Positions 13,848-27,135 of a stretch of 64,000 nucleotides of DNA are shown piece after piece; within the stretch, counting starts at the first letter, position 1; each line of letters opens with the position of its first letter. Location: positions 16,308,001-16,372,000 of the forward strand of contig CM052818.1 in assembly GCA_028534125.1 (NCBI GenBank), in the 5' to 3' direction. Under the pieces are notes generated by a model. That model ran no database searches. It was not told where the DNA came from and saw nothing but the letters and a program-made list of their open reading frames with translations. Origin of the DNA: Lama glama. Lineage: Eukaryota. The position numbers and the translations under genes were made by a program.

Positions 13848-14099
13848 TGTATTCAGTTTTAAATAGCATTATTCTTAGTGCTATGGAACATGAACTTTGG
13901 AATATTTGGAGTATTGGAAACTTCCTTATATAGATTCTCCAGGTTCATCCATGTTGCTGCAAATGGCATTATTTTGTTATTTTTTATAGCTGAGTAGTTA
14001 GTATTCCATTGTATAATGTATTCAGTTTTAAATAGCATTATTCTTAGTGCTATGGAACATGAACTTTGGAATATTTGGAGTATTGGAAACTTCCTTATA
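13769..14099 (+). repeat. Tandem duplication of ~162 bp
   Basis: Copy 1 is 13769-13930 and copy 2 is 13934-14099. They are separated by TAG and identical except for a 4-nt insertion in copy 2. Confidence 0.95.
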
Positions 14100-14914
14100 A
14101 AGGTCACTTTTTGATCTGGTCTAATCAGCCAAGTTTCTGGTCAATAGGAAAAACACCCCAAAAATGAGCTCAATCAATTCTATAGAAAACAAGAAAGGCA
14201 TTTAATATTCATCCATATTTAACCTACTATACCTTTTAACACCAGACTCTATTTGTTGAGTACTTTGGGGAAAACACAACTACTGGGAACTCTGTGTAAA
14301 AGTAGAGGTAAATGTGAAATGAAATTATTTCATATTTAACTTTTCTTTTTCTAAAAGGTAGATGTATTTATCCAACAATCTAGGAAAGGAAAAACAAAAC
14401 TCAGGAGCAGTGATAGTGAAAATATCAATGCACTCTGGGAAAATTAACCTATTCCCTTATCATATGGTCTCTTGGTTGACAAGATTTTCAATATGCTATA
14501 AGGCTACAACCTAGAGTTCTTATAATTACGTCAACTTTAAGGTTCAAGCTTAAAAATATAAAAGAAGTAAAATAAAGACACACAACAGAATCTCATTCTG
14601 AATTTCTTTCTACTGCATACTGCAAAACCGCGTTCAAAAATTTCTAAACTCCTGGGAGTTCTCAGGGTGACTACCTAATCAGAATAAAAACAAATGGAAT
14701 CTACTGGGAGTCTTAACAGAACAGCATTTTAGAAGAAAGTCATATTGATTCTTTCTCCTTGGCTCCTTGGTATGAGTTAAAATATTTGTCCAGCCAGTGG
14801 ACTTAATATTTCCAGGCAGTAATATCATAAAAATGACAATTCAGAGATAAGGAGCCTGAGTTACCACAAATACCTAGCCAGAGCCTACCACTGCAAATGA
14901 CAAGGCAAAGTCGA

Positions 14915-15195
14915 CTTTAAGCCAGGTTTTGGGTGACATGACACTTGTACAATTTTGGGGTGCTCATTAAGTAAAAATACAACTTATAAATACAAAATTG
15001 GAAGCAAAAGGGCATGTTTATTTTGAATGATGAAAACACCAAAACAATTACAAATTTGAAAAGTGACTAATACCTCAATCAGCACAAAATATATTGTTAT
15101 CAGAACCAATTGTGAAGCTTCTCCCCAGGTGTTGAATAGTCCTGTGTAAGTGAGGGCTCTAAAAGTTAAGCTACTACTTCCAAAAAAATCTGTCC
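14915..15195. mobile_element. Probable hAT-Tip100-type non-autonomous DNA transposon fragment (Zaphod/MER115-like)
   Basis: tacaattttgggg...aaaaatacaac...aatacaaaatt and gtgtaagtgagggctctaaaagttaagct resemble recalled Tip100-group consensus sequences. Confidence 0.45.
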
Positions 15196-18100
15196 ACTCT
15201 TTAAGAATAAATAGTTGTTTCATTGTAGAGAAGATGTAGAAAATACATCCTGATGTCACAATTTTGATTTATATCTTATAAAAATTGACAATCTATGGTT
15301 TGAAAAATAAATTTTATTGTAGAGAAAACTAAGAGAGATAGTTGAAAGTTTAAGAGACAGGCCAGGGTAACTTCTTAATGATTTAAATACACCTAAATGC
15401 CAAATTTCAAAAATTTCATTATTCTTTATTTTTCACAAAAGACTAAAATACTTCATATTACTTCTTTTCAGAACAATTATTTTTCCCCATGGGAATATTT
15501 TTTATTGCAAGGTTACACAAAGCACTGTTTCACTAATGTCATTGTATAATGTATAAATCAAACAACTGTACTTGATGTGTATTTATAGAAGCCTTTTTTA
15601 TTTTTTGGCATTCCCTGATCTCCAGAGACAACACAAAAGGAAGAATCTAGGTCTTTGAAATGCACTGGTTTCATGAAGTGTACTGTTAGGACAAGACTTG
15701 TGAGTCTGTGTTTTCTTAATAGTTTCACCAGTTAATAATTTTTATAATGCTAAGTCAACATTCCTCAGATTTCAAATAAAAACAGCAAAATTGCAATCAA
15801 GTAGGTACATCTGCTTCAAAAAATTTTCAGATTATTTCACTTAATCAAAAATGAGTTACGAACTCATTCTCTACCAGTCATCAGAAATTTAAAAAAAAGT
15901 GTTCAGAAAAGACATTACAGGAGAACTATGTGTGAAGACAGAATGACTAGGAAACAATTTAGGAACAATTACAAATATGTTAACCAATAAAAATATTGAT
16001 ACAGTATTTACTTGGGTGAACAGGTTCTCAAGAATTTTATATTGAGAAAAATGCTTCAAATAAGATAAATATTTTGTCCCAACTAAATCCAAAGCTTAAA
16101 TGCATGTGTCTGTTATTCTAAATGCTACTGTCAGGTTTGGGATATTTGTGTTTTCTTAGCCAACTCATTGTATACAGTACCCCAAATTTCTCCTGATTAT
16201 TTTTCCCTTTTGACTAGGTCCAGACCTGACTTACAAAGCATTTAAAATTAAAAAAAATTTTTTTAAAGCTTTTACTAATAGTTTAATGACAAGTACAGTT
16301 CTAGTGCTGGTTCCCAATATTCATGCTACAACTATTGCAGTTCAAACCAGAAACAAACCAGAAGGGCTTCAGTCATGATTTACCCAGATTTTACTTTTAC
16401 TGAACAGTTTGGATTTCCTGGGTGGCCTAAACTATAATCAAACTATTCCATTTAATCGACAGAAAAGTTGGTAAATATGAGATCTCATAAAATCTTCAGC
16501 CATGTTTTTCAGTTACTGTAAATAATGCAGTTACTGAGTTAATAAATAATAGCCTAAAGTGAAAGAATTCAAGGAAAAAGCTGTTGCAAGTGAAAAAAGA
16601 TTTCCAACATAAATTGTAAATTAGATACTTAATCACTGAATCAAAAAGCTGAAAAGGACTACAGAAGAAGAGGCACTATGTTTGGCCTGGGTTTTCCCAA
16701 AAGGAAATTTTAAAATTTGTCTTCCCAAATCTTTGAAATCAGTGTTTTGTCTTTCCTGCAGCATGGAGGGAATTATAAAATCACAGGGGCCACTATAAGC
16801 AAGGTTTTCCTCAGGTAGGGAGGGATATTGCATTACACATTACTTTTCATAAAGTAATCCACGAACTCCTTATTCAGCACTTTATTAGATACTTAGAGAA
16901 TTGACCAAAAAACAGAATTTATATTTTGTGCCCTTGAGGAGCTCAAGATCTCAGGAGATTACGGTCAGCAAAGGAAAAGAAAAAAGAAAAAACAAAAGAA
17001 AAAAAACCAAAAAAAAAAAAACCCTGACTTTAATTAATTGCAAAACTATACATTGAAATTGAGTTTCTTTGTTATGAGACAACATAAAATGTGTAGAGAT
17101 ACTGGAAGGGGATGAAAATCATAAATATATTCCTAAAAAATTCCTTTCTCATTTGAAGAGATAACCACATGATTCACAATGCAAAACAGCAGTAAATCAA
17201 GGATACTTTCTCATTTGATTTCCTGTATCATATTTTATTTTATACCTTTTGGCACTGATAATTTTCTGTGTTTTTCTAGAATCCTCAACTATACTGCCCA
17301 ATGATTGGAAAGATACCAGCTCTTACAATTCTTCTGGATGATGCCAATCCCATGAATAATGAATGCTGAGCTTTAGTTAAGAAATCAATAAATGCATATT
17401 AATTAATTGATTAAATAAAAATTTTTCTGCAAAAATAATTTAATTTTAATTAAAAGCTAGTAAGTTAACTTTCATGGAAATGATATTTCATGAAAGAACA
17501 ATAAAAATAACAAAATGCTACAAAATATCTCTAAACAGAGTAAAAGTATTACATAATGGTTTAAGGGTAAAACAGAAATTGTGATTTACAGGAATTCAAA
17601 GCCACTCTTAATAATGAATGTATTATTCTCATACTTTTCAGGTAGTAGAGGACTTGACCCCAGACATTATGCAAAGCATCTCAATTGAGAACAGGAAATA
17701 GCTACTGTGGTGACTGAGGCTATTTCTCAAGGCATAAACTAGACATACCCTGACTATACCCATAAATATAAAGTATCAGGAAGGAGGCTAAGACTCTTAT
17801 ACAGTAGGTGATAGTGTAAATCAGATATGTAATCCATTACTATATAACTTGTTTTCCATCTTACTATGGTTTATAATATAGAGACTATAGACATTGTCCT
17901 TTAATTCCTACATACTTCACACACACAGTGAGTGTCACTTATAGTTCAGCAATATTGAGAATCTCTCCAGGGACCAAGCTGGGGTATTAGCTCACAATCA
18001 AAGCAAGCATGAACTACATGGAGATGTCATAGATCAGCTTAGAAAGGGATCTGATGACAGAAGGATAAAAGCTGCAGATCATAGTTAGTTTAGGAAGTCC

Positions 18101-19069
18101 AAAAATTAGGAAAACATGCTTAACACAGTTAATTGTTGGCTTACTTCTATGTCTCTATCTTGAAGCCAATGTTTCCTCAAAAAAGATGTATGTTCTTTAG
18201 TGGATTCTCAACATGATTTATTTTTGTGCCTAAGTGAATATTTTTGAATTTCTAATTGGACTAATTTTACATTAAAAAAGAAATATTAGTGTTACTAATA
18301 TTTAAAATATGGATTTCCCTCCCAGTGCTTTATTCAGTCTATACGTCAAATACTACAAATTTTAAAGTAAACAAGATATATCAGCAGGGCATAGTCAAAG
18401 TTCCACATGTAGAAATTTTCACAAAGTTCCACATGCAGTGAGGCCACCACTGCTTCACTGGCTTTCCATGTATTGTGATTTACAACAGTTTATGTTTGCC
18501 AAGGTAAACTGATTTATGGATTATATCATCTGGTTTTAATTTATCCAGCTTCCACTAAAAGGAAGAATGGCTTTAAAAGAAACTTAAGATAAATATCAGA
18601 TTAAAGATAGTACTCATAACAGCAACAAAAGTAAGAAGTAAAAAGTTGGCAAAGGCTACACTAATACCACAGTTACAAATGATGAGAGCCGTATTATGAA
18701 TAGAAATAAGGTGATTTAATCTCTATTTTCTAAAGTTAATATGGAATTTCAGATAACAGTAGACTACTGAGACACTAAGTATTATGCAACCAATATGATT
18801 CTCAGTCCACATATAAAAGTTAAGCATCAAAACATGAACTCAAACTCTGTATACTTTTCAGTTACAATTAAAATCATGTAGCACTCAGTCCAGACTTAGT
18901 GACAAAAATTTACAGCCATCTTTGAAAGTTTCTTTTTTAATAATGAAAGACAAAAAGATAGGTGTTATTGTTAAGTATTTCCCAGTCTATATAAAAATGG
19001 ACAAAACAACAAATAGAAAATAATATATACAAAAGAGAATAAATCTATTACTTAAAATAGTATCAAAAG

Positions 19070-22000
19070 CATTGCTGGAAGATCAATCAAGACATGGAGC
19101 TTATCACCCCACACAAAAACATCAACAATACATCTACATGTGGAAAACTGAAAACTAACTGGAAACTGGCAGAACTCCTGTACAATCAAGGCTGTGAAAA
19201 CAATACACATGTAATTGGGTAGGAAAAAAGAAAACATTGAGTCAGGATCTGTGCCACTGCAAGGGAGCTCTGAGGCCCACCCTGAGGAGTGAGCAGTGAT
19301 GGCCACAGATTGGGTGCCCCAGGGAGAAGAGCCCACTTGGCTGACCGAGTATAGGAAAGATGGGACTAACAAAAGGGCTGTGGGAAGCCTAGACTCCACT
19401 CATGAGTAGTGCACATGCATGACTTCCCCCTGATGCAGGAGAGAGAGAGAGGTCTGCTTTAACAGTTGCTGGTTTCCCATGACCACTTCCACACCCCAGC
19501 CAAGCCAAACAAATGTTCTAGCCCTGCTCCTACTATGTCACAGTACAGCACTTGATATGAGGAGTTCAGGGAGTAGACTCAACCCTAGGATGCAAAGGCC
19601 ACCCAGTTCTGGACAGGAGCCTGATTTGGGGGTTGGTAGCCATTATTTCCATTTTCTCAAGCAGCCTATCAGAAACAGCCAAGATCTCTGATGGCAGTCA
19701 CTGAAACACAGCTTACCCCGATACACAATGAGAGTACACTTGGCCTCACCTGCCCTATGATGTGACTCCACAAAAGGGCAGGGGTGGCAGAAGCTTGGGA
19801 CAAATGGGACTTGTACCTGAGGATGCATCTGAGGAGAGCAAGGGAAACAATTCTTGGGTGCCTGCACAGCCAGCGCATCAGAAACAGCTCAAACCTCTGT
19901 CTATGGCCAAAGAGAGTCAAGAATCCTCCTGGGCCCCACTTGATTCAGCATTCTTCATTTCTGGGCAAGGGTCCCAATGTAAGAAGGGTAATATACACTT
20001 ATAGAAAACAGAGCCAGCTCATGTCTGACCCAGAGGGCTTCTATTCCAGCAACTTGAGATCACATCCTGACCTCGACAGGGCAATGACAGCCACTGAGCA
20101 GAGGGGAAGTTGCTCCTCATACCCGTCTCCAGATCTACTTCCTCCATTTCCAGCCTCACTCCGTACCAGTGTGATGGTTGTCAGCATACCTTGAGGAAAG
20201 AGGTGACTTTTGTCCATGTCAAGTCCCGCTATTCCACCAAAGGTTTTAGGTACACACAGTCTGTATAGGGAATGTCCCACATAAAAACACCACTTAAAGA
20301 CTGCAATAGGGAACTTTTCACCTAAATTCATGGAGGCAGAGAAAGTTAATAAGCAAAACAAAAAGGCAGAAGAACTTCTCTCAATTGAAAGAGCAAGAAA
20401 AAATAAACCTGAAAAAGTTAACAATGATAAAGAAATAACGAATTTATAAAATAAAAAATTCAAAACATTGATAATAAAATGTTAAGTGAATTAGGGAAAA
20501 TGATGATGTAAACAGTGAAAATTTTAACAAGAAAAACATAAAAAAGACCCAATCAGAAACAAAGAATTCAATAGCTGAAATAAAAACACACTAGAAGGTA
20601 TGAATAGTAGACTAAGTGATACACAAGAACGCATAAGTGATCTGGAAGACAGAACAATGGAAATCACTGAATTAGAAAAGCAAAACGAATTAAATAAACC
20701 CTAAAGTCATGTACTTGTTTGAGAAAATTAAAAAAAAAAAGAAGAGCAAAACAAAAAAAATTTTTAAAATGAAAACAATTTAAGAAATCTCTGAAATAAC
20801 ATTAAATATACCAACATTCAAATTATGGGGGCCCTATAAAGAGAAGAGGGAGAGAATAGGATCAAAAATGTTTTTGAAGAAATTATGGCTTAAAACTGCC
20901 CAAACCTGAAGAAGGAAAAAAATACCCAGGCGCAAGAAACACAAAAGGTCCCAAACAAGATGAACTAAATAGACCCCAACCAAGAATACCATAATTAAAA
21001 TGGCAAAAGTTAAAGATAAAGAGAAAATTCTAAAGTGCAAGAGGAAAACAAAGAGTCATATATAAGTGAATCTTCATTAAGGTACCAGCTGGTGTCTCTG
21101 TAGAAACTCTGCAGACTAGAAGAGAGTGGCATGATATATTCAAAGTGGTGAAGAAGAAAACCCTGCTAAGTAAGATATGCTACCCAGCAAGATTATCAAT
21201 GACAAATAGGCACATGAAAAAATGCTCAATATTACCAATTATCAGAGAAATGCAAATCAAAACTACAATGAGGTATCACCTCACACCAGTTCAGAATGGC
21301 CATCATTCAAAAGTCCACGAACAACATATGCTAGAGAAGGTATGGAGAAAAGGGAACCCTTCTATACTGTTGGTGGGAATGTAGTTTGCTACAGCCATTA
21401 TGGAAAACAGTATGGAGATTACTCAAAAAACTAAAAATAGACTCACCGTATGATCCAGCAATCCTACCCCTGGGCATATATCTGGAGGGAACTGTAATTC
21501 AAAAAGATACATGCACCCCAATGTTCATAGCAGCACTATATACAAAAGCCAAGACATGGAAGCAACCTAAATGTCCATCGACAGATGACTGGATAAAGAC
21601 AAAGTGGTATATTTATACAATAGAATACTACTCGGCCATAAAAAAGAATAAAATAATGCCATCTGTAGCAACATGGATGTACCTGGAGATCGTCATTCTA
21701 AGTGAAATGAGCCAGAAAGAGGAAGAAAAATACCATACAGTATCACTCATATGTGGAATCTAAAAAAAGAAAAAAAAAGAGGGCACTAATGAACTCATCT
21801 ACAAAACAGAAACAGCCTTGCAGACAGAGTAAACAGTCTTGTGGTTACTGGGGGAATGGGGGTGGAAACAGATGCATTTGGGAGTTTGAGATTTGCAAAT
21901 GTTAGGCACTATATATAAAAATAGATTGAAAAAAACATTTCTTCTGTATAGCACAGGAAACTATATTCAATATCTTGTAATAACCTTTAATGAAAAAGAA

Positions 22001-22125
22001 TATGAAAACAAATATATGTAAGTATATGCATGACTGGGACATTGTACTGTACACCAGAAAATGGTACATTGTAACTGACTATACTTCAATTAAAAAGAGG
22101 AAAAAAAAAAACCAAAAAAACCAAA
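19070..22125 (+). mobile_element. LINE-1 with 5' UTR, disrupted ORF1, fused ORF2 C-terminus, 3' UTR and poly(A); most of ORF2 is absent
   Basis: GC-richer 5' UTR at ~19070-20330. ORF1 motifs (FEEIMA.NCPNL, PRIP.IKM, YPARLS) run to 21198. ORF2 C-terminal motifs follow ([42 protein letters not shown], stop at 21763). The element ends ctatacttcaatt plus an A-rich tail at ~22090. Confidence 0.95.
20687..20740 (+). pseudogene. Very short 5'-truncated retrocopy (probable mRNA 3' tip) inserted in L1 ORF1
   Basis: 43 nt of non-L1-looking sequence with AATAAA (20693-20698) followed by A11, flanked by a 13-bp TSD AGAAAAGCAAAAC / AGAAGAGCAAAAC. Confidence 0.6.
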
Positions 22126-23989
22126 ACCGAGGGTATTTCCAAATAAAGTTTTCTTCAAAGACAAGTTAAAAACCCTAGGTGACAGTTTAGGAATTACTCT
22201 TGAAGGAGGAGATATATAAGACAGAGGACCTATAGCACACACATTGCTTCATTGTTATTCCCAGGCTCATTCAGTCTGTATTTTTTTTTTTCCACTTGTT
22301 TCCAAGTTCCCAGAGAGGTGGTAGCAAATTTATCAATGAGTCAAACAAGAAGCTTTAAGGGGCTCCAGTACATTTTGGCTGAAGATGAATCTGACAGTGG
22401 CTGTTTTGGTCCTTGTCAGTTTTATTTTTATTACTTACTGTATATCTCTGAGGACCCGGAAAGAGTAAAGATTAGGCCATCAAAGCCTGCTCTAAGCCAG
22501 CAGGATGGCCCTGCTTTCTTTCTTCTACTTAGTTTGCACTAAAAGAAAACTGGATTCTGTTCTCCCTGAGTGATATGACTTAAGAAGAGAGTCTTTGGCT
22601 TGAGGATACAAAATTTATGCTTCAGTTCTTGCCTTGCATCTTTAGTTTCTCTACTCTTAGTTAAAAAGTGAATACAGGATACTTCTTGTATAGGATTCTA
22701 TCTACATTTTCCTCCAAACTTAAGCAAAAATAGTCATATTAAAAAGGTGGATGGATAGATAATCTGCTTTATTAGAAGATACTTATTGCATATAACTATG
22801 CTCGTGAATGTCGATAAAATGTGAAAAATCGGAGTGTAACAATGATAGTTTGTGTTCCTCTAGTTCCAAAGCTTTCATAAAGACTTAAAGAATCATGATT
22901 AATTTGATTCCCTATTTACTATTAAGCTTTTCATTTTATACAATCTTTCCCAATTTCTTTATCAGATCCAGATATAAATGAGCAACTGATACAGAAGTAG
23001 AACTCATAGCTCATAACTGAAAACTTGCTATTAGAAAATTTAATTTTATTTTATTTATATCAACTTTTTAAGCCTCACAGTTTCACCCATAATTTTGTTT
23101 CTTCTTTATGTGTCCTTTCATATCCCACATGCCTTTGTTTGCATTCGTATTTTACTCTCTTTTCCAAGCAGCAATGCAAACATATACTCCGAATAATAAC
23201 CCCGTGGAAAAGGCTCACAAAAATCACTATCAGAATTCTGTATTACTGCGAGAGTTCAACAGCTTTGTCAGTTCCTCTGCTGGAGGCTATCTGAAATAGG
23301 AAGACAGAAATTTTAGTTTGCAATGAACAGCATGTCATTGTGAGAAGTGAAAAGCCATTTTGTTTTAGGCAAAAGGAAGTTGCTCTGAAATGCTGTAAGA
23401 CTCACTTAACAGACTCTCAAATTCTAGTAAACAGCATGCTGCAGGTCTACATAAAACACTTAGAATTCAATGTTTTGTCTTCAAACATATGTGCTGCAGT
23501 TAAAGCCTATTGCTCCTCGCTAGTGCAGAATATTAGTGGGTGGAAAGTCCCTTTCCTCAGGCATGAGGAAGGAAATAAAGTTGGTGGAAAGGAAACTTCT
23601 TTTGACAGAAGTTTTAAGAAATAATAAATGTCAAAAGACACAATAATTGTAATTTTTACTGGAACAAATCATTGTTGCATTTATCCACCTGCCTCAATGT
23701 ACATATCTAGATTATCATATTCTCAAGATGTATAGATTCCCCATGCAGGTACATGACAATAACCACAGGCCAAAACTGTATACTGTAGATATCCTACCCA
23801 AACCCCAATACTTGCAAGCTTTTTTTCCTAGAAATGTTTTCAGCAACTCCTGACAAAGTTCATCATTTCCTTCCCTCTATTACTATAATAATTTTCATTT
23901 ATGTGTATTAGACTTTTATCTCACATATTTTAAATTTTTTAAGTTGTATTGACATTAAATTTAAAAAGCCAATGACTTGCCACATTTTA

Positions 23990-26480
23990 AAAATGAAAAA
24001 CAAAAAATTCCTGCTCTATTTTTTTCCTTTCTGCCTTTCTATTTCCTCAAGGCAACCACTTAAAAATTTTCAGTTGTATGTTCTGGAATGTATCTTAGTA
24101 TTTTTAACCACACAATTATATAGGTATTTATTGAATTTGTTTTAGGTATTATAAATGTCTTCCTAAAATGGAAAATAAGAATTTAGTTACCATGCTCTTC
24201 ACCACTTTGTACCTTTTTCTAATCTAGAATCTACTATAACTATATAATAATTCTAGTTATAACATTAATCAGTATTTATAATATTTTGACATGTAACTTT
24301 TGCCTGCTTTTGAATACTGTAGAATATTTTGATTAAATTTTACTTCTTGTATACTTTATTTCATCTTTTCTGGAGTTAGAAATTATCTTTTCCTCCATTT
24401 TCTTCTCTATTTACCTCCTAGATATAAATCTCCTTTCCATATAATCAAACCTATCAGGTAATCTATTAGTTTCATTGTTTTCTTAGAGGTAGTCCTCTCA
24501 TGCCTTGGTTCTGATCTAAGCTGTCTAAGCTTTAAGTACAGCTGTATTTCTTAAATCTTCTAACACCCTTCTCCTGGGGATTATTCTTTACCACTTTGCG
24601 GTGTTTGAACACTCATCGGTTTTATTCGTCCTTCTTCTTCTAGTATAACATATTCTCCAAGAATGCTTTAAAAACAATGAATGAGAAAATACTTTTGAAA
24701 AGGTCTTAATTTTTTCTTCTAACTTTATATTTAAAAGATAACTGTAATGGGAAATATTTCTAGTTGGAAAATATGAGTCAGTATTATACTATTTGTCCAG
24801 TTTTCAGTATTATTTATTGCTAAGAAATTTGATACCATTCAAATTTCCAAACCTTTGCAAGCGACATGATTGTTTTCTATGTAAGCTTATGGACTCTTCT
24901 CTGTGCCCAACCTTCTGATATTCGATGGTGATATACATACATGATTTGGTTGTTCTCCATTATGATGAATACCTGTGGATTATTTCTATGTAGAAACTTA
25001 AATGTTTTATTCTTTTAACCATTTTATTATTACAAAATGTCTCTTTTATCTCTGACAGTAATCATTGTCTTGAAATCATTTCATCAGATATAAATATAGT
25101 CATTTCAGTTTTCTTATGATTATTGTTTACCTAGTATATTCTTTCCCATCCCAGCCTTTAACTGCTCTGCATTTTTATAGTAAAAGTGGGCTTCTTACAG
25201 GTAACACTTGTTGGGTTTACCTAGTTTAGCAATCCCTGTCTTTTACTTTGAGTATTTAAAAACTTATTTTTGATTGATATAGTTGGGTTTAAATATGATA
25301 GCTTGTTAATGTCTTCTATTTATCTCAGTTGATCTCTGCTATCCTCTTTTGAATTTATTGAGTATTTTTTATATTTCATTATATTTCATCTTTTGGCTTA
25401 CTGACTATAGCTCTTTCTTCTATTAACTTATTTTCATAGTGGTTGTTCTAGAGTTCACAATATCCATCTTTAACTTACAACAACCTATCTGCAAATTATA
25501 TACCACTTTATACCTATATAAATCTTTTTCATTTTGAACATTTTCAAATTATTTCTTTGATGAGTAACCCCTCTGTTTCCTCAGCTATTTGTTCTTTATT
25601 ATTACTATTCAGGTGATGAACCCCCTGGACCTGTATTTCAGGTTTCCTACCACTGCTCTCTTATTATTCAGGTGGAGGTGTGTCTGTGTATGTGTTCTAA
25701 TTAGAAGGAACTTTTCTGGTTTATATTTCAACATCTTCCTTTTATATTTTGTTTTGTGCTTTCATACTTTGAATTTCGAAGAGTTTTTCTTTGTGTCTCT
25801 AACAGAAATATATTTACTTATGTATGGATATATTTTTATGGCATTTATACAATGTAGTTTATATTATCATATTCTGCTTCCTGAACTGTCTATTCCTTCC
25901 GAGTATTTTATTTCTCTCTGTTTTATTTTCTGTAATTCATTTGAGGAAACACAGTCAAATGACAAGCTACAGAAATTAGGAAAAAAGTTTCTCTGCATGT
26001 ATCACTGGTGTTGGTTACTCTATTCATCAGTGGACTTTCCTTAGTGTGAGGTGGCTGGGTCATTATGACTTTTCCCTGAAGTTGGTTAATTTTTGTTGCA
26101 TTTTTAGAGCTAAATAGTGAGAAAAAATTGATGACCAAACTTGTTTTCATTACGAAATTTTCCCTCATGTGTGCCTAGAGTCCCTAAGTACCATTTTATT
26201 CAAATTTCCCAGGGGAATAAAAATTCTCTAATCTTCCCCATGAAGTCTTGAGATTTAACTTCTTCCAAAACTCTCAAAGAATTCTCTTGATTTCATGTTC
26301 TCAAATTAATGTCCTTTCTTCATTATATTTCACACTTTCAATGTCTGAGCCTTTTGGCTCCATGATGCACATAGGCTTGCTTATGTACTTCTCCCACTGC
26401 TGGCACTATTTTTCATTTTCTCTGCCTGCCCAGTCTATTTAGGTATACGATTTGCAAATCACAAAATACTTTGTCTGGCA
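23990..26480 (-). mobile_element. Cluster of old L1M/L1ME (possibly HAL1) fragments
   Basis: T-rich strand with degenerate antisense L1 signatures (cagatataaatatagtcatttcagttttcttatgattattgtttacc; gatatagttgggtttaaat). Confidence 0.6.
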
Positions 26481-26899
26481 TTTACTTTCTTTGTTGTCTA
26501 CCCTTAAACATTTTCTCTTTAATAGTTGGGATAATATTATATTTAAGGAATTATATATTTTTGCCATTTAAGAAGACAGTTTTCATACGCATTCTTATGT
26601 TTAAACAGTAATTCAGTAAGTTTGCACTGACTACTAGGTATTTAGCCTTTTGGATCCTGTCCTTAAGGTACTTATATTTCATCTAGAGTGACAGATCTAA
26701 TGCTTTTAAAAATGCAGGGAAGTACACTATATATTAATGGGGTTAAGAATATAACTGCATTTCAGGAAAGAAGCAAATCAATGCAAACTGAATATTTAGA
26801 GAAGGTGGAGAAGAAAATGTAGGTCTTGTACTGACATTTAAAAAATGAAATGAACTTGGTCTTTCCTAGATTTGAAGAATACATCAATAATAATGATGA

Positions 26900-27135
26900 A
26901 GATCATTTATAGAATGCTTACTCATAACCAGTAGATATGCCAGAATTAGCATGAACATCTCATCTAATCCCCAAAACAAATACATTGGCTAGTTACAATT
27001 ATTTTCCCCATTTTATACATGAAGAAACTGTGGCTTGGAGAAGGACTTGACTTGCCTAACATCAGAAAGCTAATCAACAGTTAAACCAGGGTTGAAGACC
27101 CAAAGCTTAACTTTAAAATTTATGCTCTTAAACAG
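26900..27135 (-). mobile_element. MIR SINE
   Basis: attttccccattttatacatgaagaaactgtggcttggagaagg...gacttgcctaacatcagaaagcta is the antisense MIR core. Confidence 0.8.

Noticed and set aside
16969..17021. A-rich tract as a possible retroposon tail
   Set aside because: No TSD or recognisable element body.
18396..18435. 14-bp direct repeat CAAAGTTCCACATG with a 12-bp spacer
   Set aside because: Only two units; this is a simple local duplication, not a CRISPR-like array.
19052..20463. Cluster of overlapping ORFs of 70-140 aa
   Set aside because: They lie in the L1 5' UTR and antisense ORF1 start. I recognise no protein, and higher GC explains the open frames.
25589..26044. 151-aa hydrophobic ORF resembling a membrane protein
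   Set aside because: T-rich antisense old L1 sequence yields Phe/Leu/Ile-rich frames. The same applies to 34230-34683 and 57139-57534.
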